A stretch of DNA of 64,000 nt from an uncultured Candidatus Saccharibacteria bacterium. GTDB taxonomy: Bacteria; Patescibacteriota; Saccharimonadia; Saccharimonadales; AWTP1-31. The notes under the pieces were generated by a model. The model had not been told where the DNA came from. It made no database searches and saw nothing but the letters and a program-made list of their open reading frames with translations. The stretch spans positions 146,404-210,403 of the forward strand of contig CALCZR010000060.1 in the NCBI GenBank assembly GCA_937903325.1, given 5' to 3'. The position numbers and the translations under genes are program-made. Shown one piece after another: positions 1 to 8,811 of the stretch (its first letter is position 1; each line of letters begins with the position of its first letter).

Positions 1-866
1 CTGTATGGATCACTCACTACCTTGTGGCGTAGTACCATACTCAAGCCAAGTAACACATTCAAGCAAAGAGCTAGCAAGAACGAATTTCTTGTGCGAGTGT
101 TGCGCCAGAGTTTAACTAAGAACCAGAAACCTACAGGAACATAGTCGGGTATAAGTTGCCTACTCTCTGAGTTATCGCTATACAGTAGGTATGTGTGCTG
201 CTGGTAGTAACTTTGCCATAAACCAACTAAAGGCAACAGAAATATAGCCCCCACACCCCAGCTAAGTAGCTGGTAGTAATCGTGTGTCGGATGATTGACC
301 GACCAGTCAAAGAGACCAAGGCCAATTGTGGTAATCACTGAGTACGCCAGGCCTTTCAGAGCTAGATTTCTCGGCCAGCCACAAAGCACCAATCCATAAC
401 CGCTGAGCAGGCCAAGTAACCAACAAGCAACAACGACAATCGGGTCAGCCTGCAATTTTTGTGCGGCCGCACTTACGAGTATCCCACCAAATAGGCCAAG
501 CATACTAAGCGTTATTAGCCCTGGCAGGATCACCGCTCCCCAGCGCACAAGGCGCGGGAGTGGCATTAGTCTAATGAGTTTCTGTAGGCTCGCACTTTTA
601 CTTTTAGCAGTTTGGCTAGCGTTCATCGTAAGCATTACCAAGCCACCAAGAATAAAAGCTACAGCAACGGATAGATCAATAATCACTGCAGTGGGCAAAC
701 TAGGTGGCAACTCAGCTTGGCCAATCGCTTTTGTTAGTAACCTTCCCAGCAATACAGCAAGTCCATAGCCTAATCCCAGCCTACTGAGAGCACTAGCAAA
801 TGGTGTTCGTGAATCCTTGGCAAAGTTCACGATCAGGATCGTTTGCCATAACTTCTTATAACGCAT
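1..866 (-). CDS. multi-pass membrane protein, probable permease partner of the adjacent ABC ATPase (3' end lies beyond window start)
   Basis: Absent from the ORF track because it is open to the window edge. My minus-strand read from ATG 866-864 (MRYKKLWQTILIVNFAKDSRTPFASALSRLGLGYGLAVLLG...) stays open to nt 1 and is dominated by long hydrophobic runs. Its ATG overlaps the ATPase stop (858-856) by 11 nt. Confidence 0.55.
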   Translation of the reverse strand, partial: MRYKKLWQTILIVNFAKDSRTPFASALSRLGLGYGLAVLLGRLLTKAIGQAELPPSLPTAVIIDLSVAVAFILGGLVMLTMNASQTAKSKSASLQKLIRLMPLPRLVRWGAVILPGLITLSMLGLFGGILVSAAAQKLQADPIVVVACWLLGLLSGYGLVLCGWPRNLALKGLAYSVITTIGLGLFDWSVNHPTHDYYQLLSWGVGAIFLLPLVGLWQSYYQQHTYLLYSDNSESRQLIPDYVPVGFWFLVKLWRNTRTRNSFLLALCLNVLLGLSMVLRHKVVSDPY

Positions 867-1599
867 GACTGTAGTGCTCCATGAAGCTCTTCTCTAAACT
901 TCCTGACCGTTCAACGATATTTTTTGTGTAGTCATTGAGAACTACTTGCCCCCTGCGGATCATAACTATCTCGTCGGCGAATCGTTCCGCCCACCACAAA
1001 TCATGTGTCGCTGCAATAATTGCCGAACCACCTACCTGTTTACGTTTGAGTATTTTCTCAGCCTGGATTATTGCTATTGGATCGAGACCATTACGAAGTT
1101 CGTCAACGACAATAAAATGTGGATCATGAAGCAGACCAGCTATTATCTGCACCTTCTTCTTATTGCCGTGACTAAGGCTTCCTAGTTGTTGGTTAAAACT
1201 CGTAAATAACAACTCCTCGGCCAACTCATGCGCCCTCACGATCATACGTTTTTTACTACCAGCGTTAGTCTGTACGCTAGCTAGTAGCTCAAAGTACTCA
1301 CGTGCAGTTAGTTCAGGTATGATCCATGTATCATCATCCGGGATGTAGCCGATCGCCCGTCTTACTTCAGCAGAATCAGAGTGTGCCTCAAAACCACTAA
1401 CCTTAACTACTCCACTCTTTGGTGGAATAAGCCCGACAATTGCTTCAACAAGCGTAGTCTTTCCACTACCATTGGCTCCCACGACGCACGTTACGCTTCC
1501 AGGAGTCAGATTTAAAAATGGAATAGTCAACTGGAACGTACTACTTCGTTTAATCTTTAACTCGTTAATACTCAAAATGATCCTACGTCGTTCTCTCAT
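856..1599 (-). CDS. ABC transporter ATP-binding protein
   Basis: Walker A GANGSGKTT, signature LSHGNKKK, Walker B FIVVDE, H-loop ATHD. The track ORF runs to 1701, but GGAGGA-N6-ATG at 1599 (MRERRRIILSINELKI) is the likelier start. It overlaps the upstream gene's stop (1583) by 17 nt. Confidence 0.9.
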   Translation of the reverse strand: MRERRRIILSINELKIKRSSTFQLTIPFLNLTPGSVTCVVGANGSGKTTLVEAIVGLIPPKSGVVKVSGFEAHSDSAEVRRAIGYIPDDDTWIIPELTAREYFELLASVQTNAGSKKRMIVRAHELAEELLFTSFNQQLGSLSHGNKKKVQIIAGLLHDPHFIVVDELRNGLDPIAIIQAEKILKRKQVGGSAIIAATHDLWWAERFADEIVMIRRGQVVLNDYTKNIVERSGSLEKSFMEHYSHAL

Positions 1600-2422
1600 G
1601 CCTATTCCTCCAATACTTCTTGAGCGCAACCCCATCGCCATATTCAGGAAGCCAACTAACACAATGGAACACGCACACGATCCCAGCGGATAAGACAACA
1701 AACATCGAAGGATTTACTGCCAATGTTAGCGCCATGACTACTGCGGCTGCGACTAGGCCAGTAAGAGGACCGGTTAACGCTGACAGTACCTCATACACTG
1801 GAGATAGTGGCTGGTGCAGTACTCCAATACGCAGTCCACGAACCACTACCTGTGCATTTGCACCCTGGCTTTGAGCAATATAGAGATGAACGTACTCATG
1901 TAGGGTAGTGGTCACTGCTAAGCTACCCACTAACACCAAGTGTCCTGCGATATATGACCCAGTCAGCATATTTGCCCCGTATGCTAACCCAAAGCTCACC
2001 AAAACTGCTACGAGGATGGGGCGGAGTGCCCTAAGAACTGCGTTCACAACTCCTAGGACTGTTGCTGAGTATCTTTTAGCCGGTATTTGCAATTGCACAC
2101 CGCGCAATCTTAGCTGCGCTCGTCGTCCTAAATGACGCATCCCTTGTAGACGAGACCGCTGGATTTGCAGGCAGCCTATACCGTTTACAAATCGTATGAT
2201 TTCAAAAGCCTGAAATTCAGTTAAGTTGCTCGCTTCAAGCCAAGAACTCAGTGTCATACCTACCCCTAAGAGTCTCAAAGGACGTCTAGCATTCTTGGTC
2301 ACGTAGTGTCTTGCCCCGTTAGCCCGATCAGTCAATATGGTATCCTTTAGCTTTACTCCCGCCGAAAGCGACACGAAGTCGCTTTCGGATAACAGGCCTA
2401 GTGTTTGCTCGACTACATTCAT
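1583..2422 (-). CDS. polytopic membrane protein with HExxH motif (M50/DUF3267-like putative zincin peptidase)
   Basis: LHEYVH followed about 40 aa later by TGPLTG, in a hydrophobic context. The track start at 2512 overlaps the small upstream ORF, whereas ATG 2422 (MNVVEQ) sits 1 nt after that ORF's TAA (TAATATG). Confidence 0.55.
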   Translation of the reverse strand: MNVVEQTLGLLSESDFVSLSAGVKLKDTILTDRANGARHYVTKNARRPLRLLGVGMTLSSWLEASNLTEFQAFEIIRFVNGIGCLQIQRSRLQGMRHLGRRAQLRLRGVQLQIPAKRYSATVLGVVNAVLRALRPILVAVLVSFGLAYGANMLTGSYIAGHLVLVGSLAVTTTLHEYVHLYIAQSQGANAQVVVRGLRIGVLHQPLSPVYEVLSALTGPLTGLVAAAVVMALTLAVNPSMFVVLSAGIVCVFHCVSWLPEYGDGVALKKYWRNRHERTT

Positions 2423-2423
2423 A

Positions 2424-2621
2424 TTAACGACATGCAAAAGTAGCGCGCATACTGCGCCAGTCCATTGAGATACTCTTAGCGCCCTTCCAACCACATAAAA
2501 TAATTGCGGCAATAGTACTAGAGCCGATCATTAACACCCATGCCAGAGCGACAGCGATAACAACGCCCTCTTTTGCAGCATAGTTAGCTGAGACATCAGC
2601 AATAATCATAGAGTTTGACAT
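2424..2621 (-). CDS. 65-aa small hydrophobic, net-basic peptide (membrane peptide or bacteriocin-like candidate)
   Basis: GAGAGGG-N6-ATG. Central hydrophobic run VVIAVALAWVLMIGSSTIAAIILCGW and a basic tail with 2 Cys. Its stop abuts the next gene's start, consistent with translational coupling. Confidence 0.45.
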   Translation of the reverse strand: MSNSMIIADVSANYAAKEGVVIAVALAWVLMIGSSTIAAIILCGWKGAKSISMDWRSMRATFACR

Positions 2622-2642
2622 AATGTACCCTCTCTTAAAGTT

Positions 2643-2694
2643 GTTAGAACTTTAGTAATGTGAGCGTAGATCTACACGCACTCACAGTTCTAAC
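2643..2694. promoter_or_regulatory. imperfect 52-bp dyad centred on TAGATCTA in a divergent intergenic region
   Basis: GTTAGAAC (2643-2650) pairs with GTTCTAAC (2687-2694); inner arms GTGAGCG / CGCACTCAC; palindromic centre 2667-2674. Lies about 20 nt upstream of the 2621 start codon and about 145 nt upstream of 2839. Confidence 0.35.
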
Positions 2695-2838
2695 TTTATG
2701 ATTTTTTAATGTCAAACTATAAATTTGAATACTTGGAAACACTATCCTAATACGAAAACGCTAGGCCATCTATATTTTTGTTGTAGTTAATATCTTAAAT
2801 GAAATTATTTTCACAACAGACGCGATATACTTAACCCC

Positions 2839-3111
2839 ATGAATCCACAACTACTCAAACTCCGAGAACAACTAGACAAAATAGACACACAACTTATTAC
2901 CCTCTTAGGAGAACGCTTCAAAATCACGCAGAAGGTTGGTGAGCTAAAACGAACGACCAATCTACCGCCACAAGACCCAAGCCGCGAAGCCAGACAGATG
3001 GAACGGATTCAACAACTAGCTAATGAAGCGGGTGTAGACCCGACGTTAGCACAAAACATCCTCAGACTTGTTATCGATAAAGTTATCGATGATCACAAAG
3101 CGCTTCGTTAA
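2839..3111 (+). CDS. chorismate mutase (AroQ class, 90 aa)
   Basis: LREQLDKIDTQLITLLGERFKITQKVGELK ... DPSREARQMERI is the typical small helical CM type 2 pattern. Confidence 0.85.
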   Translation: MNPQLLKLREQLDKIDTQLITLLGERFKITQKVGELKRTTNLPPQDPSREARQMERIQQLANEAGVDPTLAQNILRLVIDKVIDDHKALR

Positions 3112-3117
3112 GTTAAC

Positions 3118-3672
3118 TTACGCTGGGAATATTCGCTCAGGCCGTGGCAGATACGTGGTAACGAATGGCCGTAGCTCTGCAGCAGTTACCCAAACATCAA
3201 TACCACAATTCTCAGCCCCTGGAAGTGAAGTTGCACCGTCTTCCTCAGCATTCTGGAAGTGTGCAATGTTCTCTGCGGCATCTTTTGAGAACTCATGTAC
3301 AGCCTCAATATCTTTAATTCGCGCACCGATTGAAGTTTGGTCGTCAGTGACGTGCCCAATTAAGTGAAGTATAGCCCCAGAGTCTCCAGCTTCCGGTGCA
3401 ACCACACCTGACGCAAAACCTGTAAAACTTGATCCCTTGCTGGCACGATACTCCCATCCGAACCTTTCCTTAATTCCAGAGGGTGTTCTGTAAGGTGTCC
3501 ATATCTTAGAACCAACTACCAACCTTCGTGCGCCTGGGCTCAATGTCACGCACAGTAGTCGTCCTTCTCCATCGAAACGATTGACATTCATATCAAGTGC
3601 GTCTAATACAGGATACATTTGCCTAAGATGCACATCGATACCAGATGTTGGGCCTCGTCGTTCTCTACTCAT
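3118..3672 (-). CDS. hypothetical protein
   Basis: 184-aa ORF filling the gap between two confident genes. I recognise no motif. Confidence 0.5.
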   Translation of the reverse strand: MSRERRGPTSGIDVHLRQMYPVLDALDMNVNRFDGEGRLLCVTLSPGARRLVVGSKIWTPYRTPSGIKERFGWEYRASKGSSFTGFASGVVAPEAGDSGAILHLIGHVTDDQTSIGARIKDIEAVHEFSKDAAENIAHFQNAEEDGATSLPGAENCGIDVWVTAAELRPFVTTYLPRPERIFPA

Positions 3673-3722
3673 GCAAGCATTATCTCCGATCTACCGGAAC
3701 ATGCAACCATAAGCATAGAGCC

Positions 3723-4529
3723 CTAACTGGCTTGATTACGTGCGCTGCGCAACACATTCTCAAATAGAGCACACACCGTCAGCGGACCAACCCCGCCTTT
3801 TTCAGGAGTAATGGCAATCTTCTCTAGCTCACGTACAGATGGTGCCACATCACCAATAAGGCCATTGGAATCGGTAGCCACGCCAGCATCTACAATAACT
3901 GCGTCAGATTTTACCATATCTGCCGTAATGAGACCCGGAACTCCGGTAGCACACACGAGCACACCGGCTTCCTGAGTCAATTCAGCCAGGTTAGCCGTTT
4001 TCTTGTCAGCAACCGTAACCGCAAGGCCAGAGTCTGTCCACATTTTAGCAAGAGGCTTGCCAACCAATCGTCCATGACCAACGATAACGATATTTTTCCC
4101 AGGGAGGTTAATGTTGTAGCCAGCGAGAAGCCAGTTAACTGCCATTGGCGTTGCTGGATCAAAGCTTGGGGAGATGCCAAGACCATCTACATCTTTGTTG
4201 GGGGCGACAGCATTCAGAATTTCAGTAGTTTGAGATGGGTCGGGTAATGGAATCTGGACGATAATGCCGTGAACTGAGTTATCTACGTTAAGTTGCTGAA
4301 TCGTCTTTAGAGCGTCTTTCTGGTCAATAGTATGCACGTCAACCGCAATACCAACATCGTCACCATACTTCTGCTTCAAGTGCATGTAACTATCTACAAC
4401 TGGATCTGGGTTGGTGCGCACAATAGCAAGCCGAGGCTCAACCTTTGAACCCTGTTTCAGCGAACGAACTTCCTGAGACTGTCGCTGCTTAATATAACTG
4501 GCTAGTTCTCCGCCATTGAGTGATTTCAT
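3723..4529 (-). CDS. folD: bifunctional methylenetetrahydrofolate dehydrogenase/cyclohydrolase
   Basis: PRLAIVRTN, SYMHLKQK, VHGIIVQIPLP, NKDVDG, IVIVGHGRLVGKPLA, PEKGGVGPLTVCALFEN. Confidence 0.92.
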   Translation of the reverse strand: MKSLNGGELASYIKQRQSQEVRSLKQGSKVEPRLAIVRTNPDPVVDSYMHLKQKYGDDVGIAVDVHTIDQKDALKTIQQLNVDNSVHGIIVQIPLPDPSQTTEILNAVAPNKDVDGLGISPSFDPATPMAVNWLLAGYNINLPGKNIVIVGHGRLVGKPLAKMWTDSGLAVTVADKKTANLAELTQEAGVLVCATGVPGLITADMVKSDAVIVDAGVATDSNGLIGDVAPSVRELEKIAITPEKGGVGPLTVCALFENVLRSARNQAS

Positions 4530-4564
4530 CAGAGGTATTATAACAGATCCACCCCTATAAACTC

Positions 4565-5212
4565 TTACAGAAAGCTTTTGAGTTTCAGCTTGTCTTTGAG
4601 GAGTATGAGCGAGCGCTTCACTTCAATAAGACCCTTGTGCTCAAGTGCAGCCAGCTCCCGGCCAGTCGTCTCTCGCGAAGCGTTTATAGAACTTGCGATA
4701 TCCTGCTGTCGAAGCGGTACATCAAGCAATGTGCCTCCTGGAACTTCTGTGCCAAACCTTTTGGCGGAACCCAAGAGGAATGAGATGAGTCGTTCTCGCA
4801 CCGTCCGGTATTCGAGGCTAATAATTCGCTCGCTATGGATACGGTACATCTCTATGGTCATGTCAAGCATTGGTGCAAGCGCATCGGGATGACTGTTAAG
4901 ATATTCCAGGTACTGTTTACGACTAATGCGCCAGACAGTTACCGGAGTAAGTGTCTGGTAGATAACGCTTCGTTCTTGGCCCGTAATGGCCCAAATAAGC
5001 GGAAAGATTTCGTGCTCACGACGGATTATGAGCAAATTCTCTTCACCGTACTTAGTAATATCAAAGGCTTTGATAAGTCCTGTCTCGACATAAAAAACCG
5101 CCGAAGGCTGTTCGCCTGGGCGGATAATATACTCACCTTTTTTATACGTCAGGCAGGTTCCCTGCTTGAACGTCTGTATCAACGTGTTTGTCTGCTTGTC
5201 ACTAGCCAACAT
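4565..5212 (-). CDS. Crp/Fnr family transcriptional regulator
   Basis: N-terminal cNMP-binding-like beta-roll (YKKGEYIIRPGEQPSAVFYVETGLIKAF) and C-terminal HTH (QQDIASSINASRETTGRELAALEHKGLIE). Confidence 0.85.
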   Translation of the reverse strand: MLASDKQTNTLIQTFKQGTCLTYKKGEYIIRPGEQPSAVFYVETGLIKAFDITKYGEENLLIIRREHEIFPLIWAITGQERSVIYQTLTPVTVWRISRKQYLEYLNSHPDALAPMLDMTIEMYRIHSERIISLEYRTVRERLISFLLGSAKRFGTEVPGGTLLDVPLRQQDIASSINASRETTGRELAALEHKGLIEVKRSLILLKDKLKLKSFL

Positions 5213-5254
5213 AGCTGTATTATGGCAGAAAAGTTACAAAATACCAGATTTACA

Positions 5255-5270
5255 TGTGCGGAATGTCACA
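5255..5270. promoter_or_regulatory. CRP-type palindrome TGTGC-N6-TCACA
   Basis: TGTGCGGAATGTCACA lies 43 nt upstream of the Crp/Fnr gene start (5212), in the divergent intergenic region shared with 5340. It matches the classical TGTGA-N6-TCACA at 9/10 half-site positions. Confidence 0.45.
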
Positions 5271-5339
5271 CATCGCACGTGCGCATGTCGGCTGTGTATT
5301 AATTAGTACCGGACTATAGTAATAGTTGTTAAGCAGGAG

Positions 5340-5954
5340 GTGCATAACATGGTAGATCCAAGAATCGTAAAACGACAGCTTGATCGAATCGGTGTGCAGT
5401 TTTCGCTGGTTGGCCAGGCAGAAGCAGGCGAACTTCCCCATATACTTATGGAGGGTGAGGAGATCCAGCATCTAATTGTCGGTCACTATAGCGGAGGTTT
5501 CGCTATCATGTGCGCCACCAACCTGCGCTTACTCCTTGTAGACAAGAAGCTCTTCTTCCTTACAGTTGAGGACATACGCTACGATATGATCGCCGAACTC
5601 GACTACGGTCACCAACTCATCGGCGCTACTATCCACATCCGAAGTTTTAGTAAAGACCTGAAGTTCCAGAGCTTCAAGAAACTCAAACTCCGTGAATTTA
5701 CGACATTCGTACAGCATAAGGTTATGGATGTCCGCCAGAGACAAAACGGTGGAAGCCCGCTCATCCCCATACAAACCTTTGACGAACCTAACCCAGGCAA
5801 CGACCTAACCCCTGCACAAGCCCAATCGATAGTGCCACTCAAAGCCGATAACTGGTACCGAGCCAATCCACCCGTACAGATGATGAACCCCTACGCCCAA
5901 TCACCGCTACTCACTCGCAAGCGAGTAAGCCGGTTCGATATGGCTGGCAAGTAG
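5340..5954 (+). CDS. bacterial PH-domain-like protein (YokE-like), function unknown
   Basis: ELPHILMEGEEIQHLIVGHYSGGFAIMCATNLRLLLVDKK resembles bPH family proteins. AGGAGG lies upstream of the start. Confidence 0.45.
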   Translation: MHNMVDPRIVKRQLDRIGVQFSLVGQAEAGELPHILMEGEEIQHLIVGHYSGGFAIMCATNLRLLLVDKKLFFLTVEDIRYDMIAELDYGHQLIGATIHIRSFSKDLKFQSFKKLKLREFTTFVQHKVMDVRQRQNGGSPLIPIQTFDEPNPGNDLTPAQAQSIVPLKADNWYRANPPVQMMNPYAQSPLLTRKRVSRFDMAGK

Positions 5955-5969
5955 TTAAGACTAAGCTAG

Positions 5970-6188
5970 CTAAACCGTCTTGTGTTCAAGTTTAGTAATA
6001 CGAGTTTCGTGATCTTTGATTTGTATGTCGATAGCATCGTTTGAGCTATCCAATGCATCTGCGATCGAGTCAGACAGTTCTTTAAACTGCCGATTCATGG
6101 AAGTCTCTAGAGTATCTATGCGTAAGCTAACTCCACCAAGTTGCTGTGTTATGAATTGCTTTAGATCTTGAATAATCTCGTCTGTCAT
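5970..6188 (-). CDS. small coiled-coil protein, unknown function
   Basis: 72-aa ORF with a heptad-like acidic sequence. Weak support. Confidence 0.35.
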   Translation of the reverse strand: MTDEIIQDLKQFITQQLGGVSLRIDTLETSMNRQFKELSDSIADALDSSNDAIDIQIKDHETRITKLEHKTV

Positions 6189-6270
6189 ATATCTCAGTCT
6201 AGCACGTAGCGTAGGGCGCAGAAATTGCTTAGCAGGTCACATTTAAGATTTGTAACTATTTTCTAGGCAT

Positions 6271-6298
6271 CAAAAAAGGATGCCACCCTGGACATCCT
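6271..6298 (-). terminator. intrinsic terminator after tRNA-Gly
   Basis: On the minus strand, AGGATG-N10-CATCCT followed by TTTTTT. Confidence 0.6.
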
Positions 6299-6312
6299 GA
6301 AACATATCGATT

Positions 6313-6387
6313 TGGTGCGGGTGGAGGGAATCGAACCCTCGTCCTGAGTTTGGAAAACTCATATACTAGCCGTTGTACGACACCCGC
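6313..6387 (-). tRNA. tRNA-Gly(UCC): tRNA-Gly (anticodon UCC), CCA encoded
   Basis: Hand fold: GCGGGTG/CACCCGC acceptor, anticodon stem TGAGT/ACTCA, loop TTTCCAA, T arm GAGGG-TTCGATT-CCCTC, 75 nt. Confidence 0.85.
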
Positions 6388-6452
6388 AACCGCGCTAGTG
6401 TAACATTTTCTGAGGTGTTTTTCCACTATGCGACCTGTATAATTAGCTGTAC

Positions 6453-7262
6453 ATGCAAGCATACCGAGCAAAGCTATTGGTCAGACTTCGCAAACTCCCT
6501 TTTGCTAGCTTTTGGATTTTTGGCATTAAACAAGCCTGGTGCGCTATCTTCGGTGGTCTTATGCTCAGCGCTGTTATTGCCACCAAGTATATTGATCTGC
6601 CATGGCTAAGCCGCTACGACTGGCTATTTCTAACGGCAATTGCAATTCAGATTTTTCTCCTGCTAACAAAACTAGAGAAACCTCATGAGGTGAAGACGAT
6701 CATCTTGTTCCATCTCGTAGGTCTTGGTATGGAAGTGTTTAAAACGTCTTCTTCTATCGGATCCTGGGCCTATCCTGGCGATGCATTCTTCCATGTTGCA
6801 AATGTCCCGTTATTCTCAGGTTTTATGTATGCTGCAGTAGGAAGCTATATTGCCCGCTCTTGGCGAGTCTTCCATCTGCGTTTTACCAATTACCCGCCAC
6901 GCTGGACCACTGTCGTCCTCGCGCTAGCAATATATATGAACTTCTTCACTCACCACTACATATGGGATTTCAGAATCCTCTTATTCATCGCCTTAGTCGC
7001 TTTGTATTACAAAACGAATGTCTATTTTGCCAATAATCGAACGACCCGACATATGCCATTACTTCTCGGTCTAGTCCTCATATCTTTCTTTATCTGGATT
7101 GGTGAAAACATTGGCACCTTCACAGGTGCCTGGCTATACCCAAGCCAAACAAGTCACTGGCATGTAGTGAGCCTACAGAAACTTGGAGCTTGGCTGTTAC
7201 TCATGACTATTAGCTTCATTATGATTGAAGTCATGCACCACAAGCGCACACTGAATAGATAA
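6453..7262 (+). CDS. DUF817-like integral membrane protein
   Basis: About 8 hydrophobic segments. The pattern FGIKQAWCAIFGG ... FHLVGLGMEVFKT ... VPLFSGFMYAAVGSYI matches my memory of DUF817. Confidence 0.5.
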   Translation: MQAYRAKLLVRLRKLPFASFWIFGIKQAWCAIFGGLMLSAVIATKYIDLPWLSRYDWLFLTAIAIQIFLLLTKLEKPHEVKTIILFHLVGLGMEVFKTSSSIGSWAYPGDAFFHVANVPLFSGFMYAAVGSYIARSWRVFHLRFTNYPPRWTTVVLALAIYMNFFTHHYIWDFRILLFIALVALYYKTNVYFANNRTTRHMPLLLGLVLISFFIWIGENIGTFTGAWLYPSQTSHWHVVSLQKLGAWLLLMTISFIMIEVMHHKRTLNR

Positions 7263-7273
7263 CAGTTCTATTG

Positions 7274-8617
7274 CTATTTTGTTGTAACGCCGAATACCAA
7301 GGTGTTCACATCACCTTCAAATATCTGGACAGACTTACTGGAAGCAACATCGTAGTTACTGAGCAAGAAGTCTGTACCATTGGTGCCCACTTTAGTTTCT
7401 ACAATAACTTTCTTATCACTCACGTAATGTGCTCGTTGAATATCTGCATCTGATGTAAACAGGAGTTTGGGCTTACCACCCTCTACCTTATATAGCTTGG
7501 TGTCTACTGAGTAGTAAGCCTTGTTAGTGCCCGCCAAGAAACCTAAGGAGAAGGTCCAGTACTTAGCAGTACCGTTGGGATTCTGCTCTCCCTTAGTACC
7601 GATTGATTCCACAAGCGTTTCCTTCATAGTACTGAGGTCCACCGTCTTCACAAGATGCGGGGCATCAGTACCCATTTGGTTACTATCATATGTACCTTGT
7701 ATATAAATAAGCTGCTTCATATCGTCAGAGATCGCCATACCATACCCGAATGTCCGTACGTCCTTGCCAGGTAGAATGTCTTCGGCCTTCTTAGCCTTCA
7801 TATCATACATCTTGTAGGCAGTACGTGGCCCGTCGCAGTAGTAGCATCCTTCTGAGTAAACGATCTTGTCAGCTCCATTGTTCCAATGAATAATGAGGAG
7901 CGCTGCCTTTTCTGAAGTTGTAATTTCTTTCTTATCCTTGCCATCCAGGCCAATAGTATAAATACCATAATGTTTATCCTCAGTCGTACCGTCGACACCT
8001 GGCACCGTAGAAAAAGCAATCCGCTTGCCGTCACCGGATATTTTCACACTGGCAATAGCGTCTGACGTATCTTGCTTATACACCTCTTTGTAGGTTCTCG
8101 CACCGTCTGAACTGCTATAGATTTTGGAATCAGATGCAAAAACACTCAGCTGACCACGAGTGTCGGACAGTACAGCGCTTTCATCCTTATTCAGTTTCAT
8201 GACTTCCTTACGCTCACCGCCAGCCGTAGGCCGATAATATACCGATATTGGATCAGTTTGGTTGCTGCGGAATGAATAGGATACTAGGTCAGGCTCATAG
8301 GTCAGTGTCGCTTCTTGTTGTGCTGCATTAGCCTGCTGAGACTTAGTCATATTGCCTGCTGTCTTCTTGTCTTTAGTAAGTAAGACGGTTACCCCAGCAG
8401 CGATACCGCCAAGCACCATTAACACTAGTAACGCAATCCAGAGTTTCTTGCGGCTCTTCTTAACAGATACGCCCGTCACTTTAGATGGTGAAGTTGACTG
8501 CTCTTCTTCTGCTTCGTTCATGCCATCTACGGCAGATTGCAGCAATGAATCTTCTTCACTTAATTTCGGTGTCTCTTCAGAAATTGGTTGCTGCTTATCT
8601 TCCGGACTATCTTCCAT
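7274..8617 (-). CDS. membrane-anchored protein with probable beta-propeller (TolB/WD40-like) ectodomain
   Basis: Acidic N-terminus, one TM segment (LWIALLVLMVLGGIAAGVTVLL), then repeated beta-strand-rich units (YSSSDG, IAFS, IYTIGLDG). Confidence 0.45.
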   Translation of the reverse strand: MEDSPEDKQQPISEETPKLSEEDSLLQSAVDGMNEAEEEQSTSPSKVTGVSVKKSRKKLWIALLVLMVLGGIAAGVTVLLTKDKKTAGNMTKSQQANAAQQEATLTYEPDLVSYSFRSNQTDPISVYYRPTAGGERKEVMKLNKDESAVLSDTRGQLSVFASDSKIYSSSDGARTYKEVYKQDTSDAIASVKISGDGKRIAFSTVPGVDGTTEDKHYGIYTIGLDGKDKKEITTSEKAALLIIHWNNGADKIVYSEGCYYCDGPRTAYKMYDMKAKKAEDILPGKDVRTFGYGMAISDDMKQLIYIQGTYDSNQMGTDAPHLVKTVDLSTMKETLVESIGTKGEQNPNGTAKYWTFSLGFLAGTNKAYYSVDTKLYKVEGGKPKLLFTSDADIQRAHYVSDKKVIVETKVGTNGTDFLLSNYDVASSKSVQIFEGDVNTLVFGVTTK

Positions 8618-8706
8618 ACTGCTAACCCTTATATAGCGTCAGTATGCGCGCACCATGCTTAGTTTGCAACTTTTCAGGGGTATTTGCGGTATAATGGGCC
8701 GGACGC

Positions 8707-8783
8707 GCCCTGGTAGCTCAGTTGGATAGAGCAGGAGACTTCTAAGCTCAAGGTCGGGGGTTCGAATCCCTCCCGGGGCGCCA
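8707..8783 (+). tRNA. tRNA-Arg(UCU): tRNA-Arg (anticodon UCU), CCA encoded
   Basis: Acceptor GCCCTGG/CCGGGGC, D arm GCTC-AGTTGGATA-GAGC, loop CTTCTAA, T arm GGGGG-TTCGAAT-CCCTC. In my fold the anticodon stem GGAGA/GCTCA has only 3 Watson-Crick pairs. Confidence 0.75.
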
Positions 8784-8784
8784 C

Positions 8785-8811
8785 AACACTGACAGAGTTC
8801 AGTGTTTTTTT
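8785..8811 (+). terminator. intrinsic terminator after tRNA-Arg
   Basis: AACACTGA-cagag-TCAGTGTT followed by a T7 run. Confidence 0.75.

Noticed and set aside
6313-6387. This tRNA could be read as tRNA-Trp, because CCA appears in the anticodon loop.
   Set aside because: With a 5-bp stem TGAGT/ACTCA the 7-nt loop is TTTCCAA, so positions 34-36 are TCC (Gly). CCA would be positions 35-37.
6256-6471. ORFs overlap tRNA genes: 6256-6471, 17676-17993 and 38915-39127.
   Set aside because: Each is opened by the GC-rich tRNA sequence on the opposite or same strand. The tRNA cloverleaves explain these regions.
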